From a virus (taxonomy: Duplodnaviria; Heunggongvirae; Uroviricota; Caudoviricetes): a stretch of DNA of 45,085 nucleotides. Every line of letters starts with the position of its first letter. Positions within the stretch are counted from its first letter, which is position 1. The translations under genes and the position numbers were made by a program. The notes under the pieces were generated by a model. It saw only the letters and a program-made list of their open reading frames with translations, had not been told where the DNA came from and did not search any database. The DNA lies in the IMG/VR virus record IMGVR_UViG_2718217859_000005. One strand, written 5' to 3'. Positions 24,944 to 32,861 of the stretch are shown one piece after another.

Positions 24944-26532
24944 AACGAACGCCTGTCCTGATTGATGTGAACGGCGTTCCGCTTCGTGAGAGTCTCAGCT
25001 ACAACGGGGGCGGCGCAGGATTTGGCGGGCAAATGGCTGAGTGGTTGCCACCGGCGCAGAGTGCCGATGCGGCCCTGCTGCCCGCGTTGCGTCTGGGGAA
25101 TGCCCGGGCAGATGATCTGGTGCGCAATAACGGAATAGCGGCTAATGCGGTGGCTCTGCATAAGGATCACATTGTCGGGCATATGTTTCTGATCAGCTAC
25201 CGTCCGAACTGGCGCTGGCTGGGGATGCGGGAGACCGCAGCAAAAAGCTTTGTCGATGAGGTGGAGGCGGCCTGGTCGGAATACGCCGAAGGGATGTCTG
25301 GCGAGATCGACGTGGAAGGAAAACGCACGTTCACGGAATTTATCCGTGAAGGTGTGGGCGTTCATGCGTTTAACGGCGAAATCTTTGTGCAGCCGGTCTG
25401 GGATACGGAAACCACGCAGTTATTCCGTACGCGTTTTAAAGCCGTGAGTCCGAAACGGGTGGACACGCCTGGACACGGTATGGGGAACCGTTTTCTGCGG
25501 GCTGGTGTGGAGGTCGATCGATATGGCCGTGCCGTCGCGTACCATATCTGTGAGGATGATTTTCCGTTCTCTGGTAGTGGACGATGGGAACGGATCCCGC
25601 GTGAACTTCCCACCGGGCGTCCGGCCATGCTGCATATTTTCGAGCCGGTGGAGGACGGGCAGACCCGTGGGGCTAATCAGTTTTACAGCGTCATGGAACG
25701 GCTGAAGATGCTCGATTCCCTGCAGGCAACACAGCTTCAGTCGGCCATAGTGAAGGCGATGTATGCAGCGACGATTGAAAGTGAACTTGATACCGAAAAG
25801 GCCTTTGAATATATCGCCGGCGCGCCACAGGAGCAGAAGGATAATCCGCTTATTAATATTCTGGAGAAGTTCTCCAGCTGGTATGACACGAATCACGTGA
25901 CACTGGGCGGTGTCAAAATTCCGCACCTTTTCCCTGGTGATGATCTGAAACTACAGACTGCGCAGGATTCAGACAATGGATTTTCTGCGCTTGAACAGGC
26001 GCTTCTGCGGTATATCGCCGCCGGTCTTGGCGTTTCCTACGAACAGTTGTCCCGTGATTACTCGAAGGTCAGTTACTCAAGTGCCCGCGCCTCCGCCAAT
26101 GAGTCGTGGCGCTATTTTATGGGGCGGCGAAAATTTATTGCGGCCCGGCTGGCCACGCAGATGTTTTCCTGCTGGCTGGAAGAGGCACTTCTTCGGGGGA
26201 TTATTCGTCCGCCACGGGCACGTTTTGATTTTTATCAGGCGCGATCAGCCTGGTCACGGGCAGAGTGGATTGGTGCCGGAAGAATGGCCATTGACGGGCT
26301 CAAGGAAGTCCAGGAATCGGTGATGCGCATTGAGGCCGGACTGAGCACGTATGAGAAAGAGCTGGCGCTGATGGGCGAGGATTATCAGGACATTTTCCGC
26401 CAGCAGGTCAGGGAATCTGCAGAGCGGCAAAAAGCCGGACTCTCACGTCCGGTGTGGATAGCGCAGGCGTATCAGCAGCAGATAGCGGAGAGTCGCAGGC
26501 CGGAAGAGGAGACAACACCACGTGAGACGTAA
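24940..26532 (+). CDS. B: Portal protein (lambda gpB family)
   Basis: 530 aa; position and size match lambda B; ATGA overlap with W. Confidence 0.85.
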   Translation: MKRTPVLIDVNGVPLRESLSYNGGGAGFGGQMAEWLPPAQSADAALLPALRLGNARADDLVRNNGIAANAVALHKDHIVGHMFLISYRPNWRWLGMRETAAKSFVDEVEAAWSEYAEGMSGEIDVEGKRTFTEFIREGVGVHAFNGEIFVQPVWDTETTQLFRTRFKAVSPKRVDTPGHGMGNRFLRAGVEVDRYGRAVAYHICEDDFPFSGSGRWERIPRELPTGRPAMLHIFEPVEDGQTRGANQFYSVMERLKMLDSLQATQLQSAIVKAMYAATIESELDTEKAFEYIAGAPQEQKDNPLINILEKFSSWYDTNHVTLGGVKIPHLFPGDDLKLQTAQDSDNGFSALEQALLRYIAAGLGVSYEQLSRDYSKVSYSSARASANESWRYFMGRRKFIAARLATQMFSCWLEEALLRGIIRPPRARFDFYQARSAWSRAEWIGAGRMAIDGLKEVQESVMRIEAGLSTYEKELALMGEDYQDIFRQQVRESAERQKAGLSRPVWIAQAYQQQIAESRRPEEETTPRET

Positions 26533-28027
26533 TCTTTCACACATTATTGCCGCAGCATTCAATGAACCGCTGCTTCTGGAGCCCGCCTATGCGCGGGTTT
26601 TCTTTTGCGCGCTCGGGCGCGAGATGGGGGCAGCAAGTCTTTCGGTACCACAACAGCAGGTACAGCTTGATGCTCCCGGAATGCTGGCTGAAACGGACGA
26701 GTACATGGCCGGAGGTAAACGACCGGCCCGTGTTTACCGGGTGGTGAACGGTATTGCTGTACTGCCGGTGACCGGCACGCTGGTGCACAGGCTGGGTGGT
26801 ATGCGGCCATTTTCCGGAATGACAGGCTATGATGGCATTGTCGCCTGTCTTCAGCAGGCAATGGCGGATAGCCAGGTGCGGGGCGTACTGCTGGACATTG
26901 ACAGTCCGGGCGGGCAGGCCGCCGGCGCGTTTGACTGCGCTGACATGATTTATCGCCTCCGCCAGCAGAAGCCGGTCTGGGCACTGTGCAATGACACGGC
27001 CTGTTCTGCAGCCATGCTGCTGGCGTCGGCCTGCTCCCGACGGCTGGTTACCCAGACATCCCGTATCGGCTCCATTGGCGTGATGATGAGCCATGTCAGC
27101 TATGCCGGGCATCTGGCACAGGCCGGTGTGGATATCACGCTGATTTACTCAGGGGCGCATAAGGTGGATGGCAATCAGTTTGAAGCCTTACCGGCAGAGG
27201 TTCGCCAGGACATGCAGAAGCGCATTGATGCGGCGCACCGGATGTTTGCCGAAAAAGTGGCGATGTATACCGGGTTGTCTGTGGATGCGGTCACGGGAAC
27301 AGAGGCCGCCGTTTTTGAAGGTCAGTCCGGCATTGAGGCCGGGCTGGCGGATGAATTAATCAATGCGTCGGATGCCATCAGTGTGATGGCAACGGCGCTG
27401 AACACACATGATACAGGAGGCACTATGCCGCAATTAACTGCAACGGAAGCCGCCGTGCAGGAGAACCAGCGAGTAATGGGGATCCTGACATGCCAGGAAG
27501 CGAAAGGACGTGAACAGCTTGCCACGATGCTGGCAGGACAACAGGGCATGAGCGTTGAACAGGCCCGGGCGATTCTGGCCGCGGCGGCACCGCAGCAGCC
27601 GGTGGCATCCACGCAGAGTGAAGCCGATCGCATTATGGCGTGTGAAGAGGCGAAAGGTCGTGAACAACTGGCGGCAACGCTGGCGGCGATGCCGGAGATG
27701 ACGGTGGAAAAAGCCCGCCCTGTCCTGGCTGCTTCACCGCAGGCGGATGCCGGACCCTCACTCCGTGATCAGATCATGGCACTGGATGAGGCAAAAGGGG
27801 CTGAGGCGCAGGCTGAACAGCTGGCTGCCTGCCCGGGAATGACCGTGGAGAGCGCCCGGGCTGTGCTGGCTGCGGGATCAGGTAAGGCAGAGCCGGTCTC
27901 TGCATCCACAACCGCCATGTTTGAACATTTCATGGCGAACCATTCACCGGCAGCGGTACAGGGTGGCGTGCCACAGACGTCAGCAGACGGTGATGCGGAC
28001 GTGAAAATGCTCATGGCCATGCCATGA
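26522..28027 (+). CDS. C: Prohead protease / scaffold (lambda gpC-Nu3-like, S49/ClpP-type protease with C-terminal scaffold repeats)
   Basis: 501 aa; position matches lambda C/Nu3. C-terminal region contains three tandem repeats of about 50 aa (..EAKGREQLA..M.VE.AR.VLAA..). Confidence 0.8.
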   Translation: MRRNLSHIIAAAFNEPLLLEPAYARVFFCALGREMGAASLSVPQQQVQLDAPGMLAETDEYMAGGKRPARVYRVVNGIAVLPVTGTLVHRLGGMRPFSGMTGYDGIVACLQQAMADSQVRGVLLDIDSPGGQAAGAFDCADMIYRLRQQKPVWALCNDTACSAAMLLASACSRRLVTQTSRIGSIGVMMSHVSYAGHLAQAGVDITLIYSGAHKVDGNQFEALPAEVRQDMQKRIDAAHRMFAEKVAMYTGLSVDAVTGTEAAVFEGQSGIEAGLADELINASDAISVMATALNTHDTGGTMPQLTATEAAVQENQRVMGILTCQEAKGREQLATMLAGQQGMSVEQARAILAAAAPQQPVASTQSEADRIMACEEAKGREQLAATLAAMPEMTVEKARPVLAASPQADAGPSLRDQIMALDEAKGAEAQAEQLAACPGMTVESARAVLAAGSGKAEPVSASTTAMFEHFMANHSPAAVQGGVPQTSADGDADVKMLMAMP

Positions 28028-28063
28028 AGTCAGTGCTGACCATCAACAGGAGGTTTTTACAAT

Positions 28064-28411
28064 ATGGTAACGAAAACCATCACTGAACAGCGTGCGGAAG
28101 TACGTATTTTTGCAGGTAATGATCCGGCTCACACCGCCACAGGCAGCAGCGGGATTTCCTCGGCAACACCGGCACTGACGCCCCTGATGCTGGATGAAGC
28201 CAGCGGGAAACTGGTGGTCTGGGACGGACAGAAAGCCGGTAGTGCGGTTGGCATACTGGTACTGCCGCTTGAAGGCACAGAGACGGTACTGACCTATTAC
28301 AAGTCGGGGACCTTTGCGACGGAGGCAATCCGCTGGCCTGAAAGTGTGGATGAACACAAAAAGGCAAATGCCTTTGCCGGCAGTGCCCTGAGTCACGCGG
28401 CGCTGCCGTAA
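28064..28411 (+). CDS. D: Head decoration protein (lambda gpD-like)
   Basis: 115 aa; ..DPAHTAT...PALTPLMLD...KLVVWDG....AVGIL...YYKSGTF.. matches gpD as recalled. Confidence 0.85.
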   Translation: MVTKTITEQRAEVRIFAGNDPAHTATGSSGISSATPALTPLMLDEASGKLVVWDGQKAGSAVGILVLPLEGTETVLTYYKSGTFATEAIRWPESVDEHKKANAFAGSALSHAALP

Positions 28412-28468
28412 CACGTTATCAGGCCACCGCGGTGGCCTGACTGATTTCTGAATGAAAGGAACTGATTT

Positions 28469-29497
28469 ATGGGATTGTTTACGACCCGCCAGTTGCTCGG
28501 TTATACCGAACAAAAAGTGAAATATCGTGCGCTGTTTCTGGAGCTGTTTTTCCGCCGTACGGTGAATTTCCATACCGAAGAGGTGATGCTGGACAAAATT
28601 ACCGGAAAAACGCCGGTGGCGGCCTATGTTTCCCCGGTTGTTGAAGGAAAAGTGCTGCGTCATCGTGGTGGTGAAACCCGCGTGTTACGTCCGGGCTACG
28701 TCAAGCCGAAACACGAATTTAATTACCAGCAGGCGGTTGAGCGTCTTCCCGGTGAAGATCCGGCTCAGCTGAACGACCCGGCCTACCGTCGTCTGCGTAT
28801 CATCACAGATAACCTCAAACAGGAAGAGCACGCCATTGTCCAGGTGGAAGAAATGCAGGCGGTGAATGCCGTGCTGTATGGCAAATACACCATGGAAGGA
28901 GACCAGTTCGAGAAAATTGAGGTTGATTTTGGACGCTCTGAAGGAAATAACATTGAGCAGGCCGACGGTAAAAAATGGTCTGAGCAGGACCGTGATACGT
29001 TTGATCCGACGCATGATATTGACCTTTACTGCGATCAGGCCAGCGGTCTTGTGAATATTGCCATTATGGACGGTACTGTCTGGCGTCTGCTGAATGGCTT
29101 TAAGCTTTTCCGCGAAAAACTGGATACCCGTCGCGGCTCAAATTCACAACTCGAAACGGCAGTGAAAGACCTGGGGGCTGTGGTGTCTTTCAAAGGGTAT
29201 TACGGTGATCTGGCCATTGTGGTGGCAAAAACGTCTTATGTGGCAGAAGACGGTACCGAAAAACGTTATCTGCCGGAGGGTACACTGGTCCTGGGGAATA
29301 CGGCAGCAGAGGGCATTCGTTGCTATGGTGCCATTCAGGATGCACAGGCGTTGTCCGAAGGTGTGGTGGCCTCTTCCCGTTATCCGAAACACTGGCTGAC
29401 CGTGGGCGATCCGGCCCGTGAATTTACCATGACGCAGTCCGCACCGCTGATGGTGCTGCCGGATCCGGATGAGTTTGTGGTGGTGCAGGTGAAATAA
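28469..29497 (+). CDS. E: Major capsid protein (lambda gpE-like)
   Basis: 342 aa; strong similarity to lambda E as recalled (..GSNSQLETAVKDLG..; ..GDPAREFTMTQSAPLMVLPDPDEFVVVQV). Confidence 0.9.
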   Translation: MGLFTTRQLLGYTEQKVKYRALFLELFFRRTVNFHTEEVMLDKITGKTPVAAYVSPVVEGKVLRHRGGETRVLRPGYVKPKHEFNYQQAVERLPGEDPAQLNDPAYRRLRIITDNLKQEEHAIVQVEEMQAVNAVLYGKYTMEGDQFEKIEVDFGRSEGNNIEQADGKKWSEQDRDTFDPTHDIDLYCDQASGLVNIAIMDGTVWRLLNGFKLFREKLDTRRGSNSQLETAVKDLGAVVSFKGYYGDLAIVVAKTSYVAEDGTEKRYLPEGTLVLGNTAAEGIRCYGAIQDAQALSEGVVASSRYPKHWLTVGDPAREFTMTQSAPLMVLPDPDEFVVVQVK

Positions 29498-29505
29498 TCC
29501 GTGAG

Positions 29506-29534
29506 CGGGGGCGAAATGCCCCCGTGTCTTTTTT
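29506..29534 (+). terminator. Rho-independent terminator-like hairpin immediately after the major capsid gene
   Basis: CGGGGGC-GAAAT-GCCCCCG followed by TGTCTTTTTT, 9 nt after the E stop. Confidence 0.5.
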
Positions 29535-29548
29535 CACAGGGGGCTGAT

Positions 29549-29932
29549 ATGGCAACAAAAGAAGAAAATCTGAATCGTCTTCGTCAACTGGCTGGCCTGC
29601 TGGGGCGCGAGGCGGATATATCGGGGAGTGCTGCGGATATTGCGCAACGTGTGTCTGAGTGGGAAGAGGAGCTTGCTGCTTCCCGGGAGGGCATTATGCC
29701 TGGTGATGAGAGCGGGCCTGAGCAAAATCACACAGACGATGGTGAGCAGTTGCACAACACTGATGCTACGGATGATGTTAAAGCGGTTCGTGTGCGGAAA
29801 TGCCTGCATGTGATGGGGTATTGCCCGGAGACAGGCCGTCCCGTTGAACTGACGTACCGGGGCATGCGTGTTCTGGTGCCATCACCACTGGCGACAGCCA
29901 TGATACAGCACGGAACGGCTGAGCATGCGTGA
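29549..29932 (+). CDS. FI: DNA-packaging protein FI-like
   Basis: ATG at 29549 with an AGGGGG RBS; acidic protein in the FI position between E and FII. Confidence 0.6.
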   Translation: MATKEENLNRLRQLAGLLGREADISGSAADIAQRVSEWEEELAASREGIMPGDESGPEQNHTDDGEQLHNTDATDDVKAVRVRKCLHVMGYCPETGRPVELTYRGMRVLVPSPLATAMIQHGTAEHA

Positions 29933-30278
29933 TTTTCAGAATGCCTTTGATGCTGCCCTTGCCGGGGTGGACAGCACGATTATTGAAGTGATGGGGCTCT
30001 GTGCGCAGTTCACCTCGGGGGCACAGTGTGGCAGCGAAGTTCAGGGGGTTTTTGACGATCCGGAGTCGCTGGGGTTTGCCGGTAGCGGGGTCCGTATTGA
30101 AGGAAGCTGCCCGTCATTATTTGTACGGACGGATACGGTTCGTGCTGTGCGGCGTGGTGACACGCTGACCATTAATGGTGAGACATTCTGGGTGGATCGT
30201 GTTTCTCCGGATGACGGGGGCAGTTGTTATCTCTGGCTCAACCGTGGGCAACCACCGGCAGTTAACCGGCGACGATAA
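29925..30278 (+). CDS. FII: Head completion protein (lambda gpFII-like)
   Basis: 117 aa; ..GVFDDPESLGFAGSGVRIEGS.PSLFVRTD.V......GDTLTI.GE.FWVDRVSPDDGGSC.LWL.RG.PPAVNRRR matches FII as recalled. Confidence 0.85.
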   Translation: MRDFQNAFDAALAGVDSTIIEVMGLCAQFTSGAQCGSEVQGVFDDPESLGFAGSGVRIEGSCPSLFVRTDTVRAVRRGDTLTINGETFWVDRVSPDDGGSCYLWLNRGQPPAVNRRR

Positions 30279-30292
30279 ACGCAGGGTGAATT

Positions 30293-30826
30293 ATGGCGAT
30301 AAAAGGGCTTGATCAGGCGATTGAAAATCTGAGCCGGGTTCGTAAAAACGCCATTCCGGCGGCTTCAGCAATGGCCATTAACCGCGTGGCCACAACGGCG
30401 ATTAATCAGTCTTCGTCACAGGTTGCCCGGGAGACCAGGGTGAGCCGGAAACTGGTAAAGGAACGGTCCAGACTGAAACGGGCCACGGTCAGAAATCCGA
30501 ATGCCAAAATTATCGTTAAACGCGGTGATCTCCCGGTGATTAAGCTGGGGATCAGGATGCTGGGCCGTCGTCCGAACAGCATACTCAAAGCCGGTCAGCA
30601 TCGTTATCAGCGGGCATTTATTCAGCGATTAAAAAATGGTCGCTGGCATGTAATGCAGCGTGTGGCCGGGAAAAACCGTTACCCCATTGATGTGGTGAAA
30701 ATCCCGATGGCGGCCCCACTGAAACAGGCGTTTGATGAAAACGTTGACCGTATCCGGCGTGAACGCCTGCCCGGAGAACTGGCATATGCGCTGAAACAAC
30801 AACTGAGGATTGCGATAAAACGATGA
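30293..30826 (+). CDS. Z: Tail completion protein (lambda gpZ-like)
   Basis: 177 aa; ..NGRWHVMQRVAGKNRYPIDVVKIPMA.. matches gpZ as recalled. Confidence 0.85.
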   Translation: MAIKGLDQAIENLSRVRKNAIPAASAMAINRVATTAINQSSSQVARETRVSRKLVKERSRLKRATVRNPNAKIIVKRGDLPVIKLGIRMLGRRPNSILKAGQHRYQRAFIQRLKNGRWHVMQRVAGKNRYPIDVVKIPMAAPLKQAFDENVDRIRRERLPGELAYALKQQLRIAIKR

Positions 30827-31218
30827 AACATACTGATATCCGTGCTGCAGTGCTGGATGCACTGGAGCAGCATGAACACGGGGCGACGCTGTTTGATGGT
30901 CGCCCCGTTGTTTTTGACGAAGAGGATTTTCCCGCGGTCGCGGTTTATCTGACGGATGCAGAGTATACCGGTGAAGAGCTGGATGCAGATACCTGGCGGG
31001 CCACACTGCATATTGAGGTGTTTTTACCGGCACAGGTACCGGATTCAGAGCTTGATCAGTGGATGGAAAGCCGGATTTACCCGGCGATGGCGGCGATCCC
31101 TGCACTGGCAGGCATGATTACCACGATGGTTACGCAGGGCTATGACTATCGTCGTGATGACGATATGGCATTGTGGAGTTCTGCAGATCTGACTTATTCC
31201 ATTACATACGAGATGTGA
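30823..31218 (+). CDS. U: Tail terminator protein (lambda gpU-like)
   Basis: 131 aa; ..[48 protein letters not shown].. matches gpU as recalled. Confidence 0.85.
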   Translation: MKHTDIRAAVLDALEQHEHGATLFDGRPVVFDEEDFPAVAVYLTDAEYTGEELDADTWRATLHIEVFLPAQVPDSELDQWMESRIYPAMAAIPALAGMITTMVTQGYDYRRDDDMALWSSADLTYSITYEM

Positions 31219-31225
31219 GGACGAT

Positions 31226-31897
31226 ATGGCAACACCAAATCCCCTGGCGCCGGTAAAAGGTGCCGGTACCACACTGTGGGTTTACACCGGCACGGGTGAT
31301 GCTTATGCAAACCCGTTGTCAGACGATGACTGGCAGCGACTGGCTAAGGTGAAGGATCTGACACCCGGCGAGATGACGGCAGAATCCTACGATGATAACT
31401 ACCTGGATGATGAAGACGCGGACTGGACCGCGACCGGGCAGGGACAGAAATCTGCGGGTGATACCAGTTTTACGCTGGCCTGGAAACCGGGAGAGGAAGG
31501 CCAGAAAGGGCTTATAGGCTGGTTTGAAAGCGGCGATGTCCGGGCCTATAAAATCCGTTTTCCGAATGGCACGGTGGATGTGTTTCGTGGCTGGGTCAGC
31601 AGTATCGGTAAGGCCGTGACGGCGAAAGAAGTGATCACCCGAACAGTGAAAGTTACCAACGTGGGCAAACCCTCCGTGGCGGAAGAACGCAGCGAAATTA
31701 CGCCGGTCACTGCAATTAAGGTGACGCCGACATCCGGTACCGTGGAAAAAGGGAAAGCAACCACCCTGACTGTTTCTTTTGAGCCGGAAAGTGCAACCGA
31801 CAAGACGTTCAGAGCGGTTTCCGCCGATCCGTCAACGGGAACCATTGCTGTGAAAGATATGGTGATCACTGTGACGGGGTTAAGGCTGGAAAAGTGA
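31226..31897 (+). CDS. V: Major tail protein (lambda gpV-like); C-terminal Ig-like domain interrupted by a frame disruption
   Basis: Strong similarity to gpV over residues 1-215. The ORF then ends prematurely (..[10 protein letters not shown]), while the expected C-terminus ([29 protein letters not shown]) is encoded in another frame through 31977. Confidence 0.85.
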   Translation: MATPNPLAPVKGAGTTLWVYTGTGDAYANPLSDDDWQRLAKVKDLTPGEMTAESYDDNYLDDEDADWTATGQGQKSAGDTSFTLAWKPGEEGQKGLIGWFESGDVRAYKIRFPNGTVDVFRGWVSSIGKAVTAKEVITRTVKVTNVGKPSVAEERSEITPVTAIKVTPTSGTVEKGKATTLTVSFEPESATDKTFRAVSADPSTGTIAVKDMVITVTGLRLEK

Positions 31898-31990
31898 GTA
31901 TCCCCGTGATTTCCGGTAATGGTCAGTTTGCCACGGTAGCTGAAGTCACCGTTACTGAAGCGGGCGCTGCAGGGTAAACGGAGGTTATAC

Positions 31991-32422
31991 ATGTTTCTGA
32001 AAACAGAACAATTTGAATATAACGGTGTGTCCGTCACGCTTTCTGAACTGTCTGCGCTGCAGCGTATCGAGCATCTTGCCCTCCTGAAACGGCGGGCAGA
32101 AGAGTCTGAAGCCAGCGGCAACCTGCAGGTGAGCGTGGAAGACATTGTCAGAACCGGGGCGTTTCTGGTGGCGATGTCCCTGTGGCATAACCATCCGCAG
32201 AAAACGGAGTCACCGTCAATGAATGAGGCTGTGATGCAGATTGAGCAGGAAGTCCTGACCACCTGGCCTGCTGATGCCATTGCCCGGGCGGAAGACGTGG
32301 TGTTGCATCTGTCCGGGATGAGTGAGCCTGTTCATGTGGATACGGATATCACCGAAGTGGCGAAAAATAATGCGCTTACTGATGATGATTTTTCTGCGGG
32401 AAAGTCTTCGACGGCGAGCTGA
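31991..32422 (+). CDS. G: Tail assembly chaperone (lambda gpG-like)
   Basis: 143 aa; strong similarity to gpG as recalled; ends after the slippery sequence GGGAAAG (32398-32404). Confidence 0.85.
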   Translation: MFLKTEQFEYNGVSVTLSELSALQRIEHLALLKRRAEESEASGNLQVSVEDIVRTGAFLVAMSLWHNHPQKTESPSMNEAVMQIEQEVLTTWPADAIARAEDVVLHLSGMSEPVHVDTDITEVAKNNALTDDDFSAGKSSTAS

Positions 32423-32861
32423 ATTTTGCCCTCAGACTGGCGCGTGAGATGGGGAGGCCTGACTGGCGCGCCATGCTTGCCGGGATGACATCCACCGAAT
32501 ATGCCGACTGGCACCGTTTTTACCGCACGCATTATTTTCACGATACCCAACTGGATATGCATTTTTCCGGGTTGACGTACACCGTACTCAGCCTGTTTTT
32601 TTGCGATCCGGATATGTATCCCTCGGACTTCAGTCTGCTTGCCCCCGGCGTGAGGAAGAGCAGACGGAAATGCCGGATGAGGAAAAAATGCTGATGCAGA
32701 AAGCGGCAGGACTTGCCGGAGGCATCCGGTTTGGTGGGGAAGGAGGGGGCGATATTTCACCTTCTGCGGATGTGGTGGATGTCAGTGAGGATGATGTCGC
32801 ATTAATGATGGCTTCAGCGGGGATTCCTGGAGGTGTGAGATATGTCCCAGCCGGTTGGTGA
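32398..32861 (+). CDS. T: T segment of the G-T tail assembly chaperone (reached by -1 programmed frameshift at GGGAAAG); carries a second, non-programmed frame disruption
   Basis: The -1 frame after the slippery site encodes gpT-like sequence (..GRPDWRAMLAGMTSTEYADWHRFY..HFSGLTYTVLSLFF..). At the C5 run at 32641-32648 the gpT-like sequence switches to a third frame (..REEEQTEMPDEEKMLMQKAAGLAGG..GGVRY..) that ends at 32861 overlapping the H start. Confidence 0.55.

Noticed and set aside
26537-27112. Minus-strand ORFs of 141-191 aa inside the protease/scaffold gene
   Set aside because: Antisense to a well-supported structural gene; Arg/Pro/Ala-rich low-complexity translation typical of GC-rich antisense frames.
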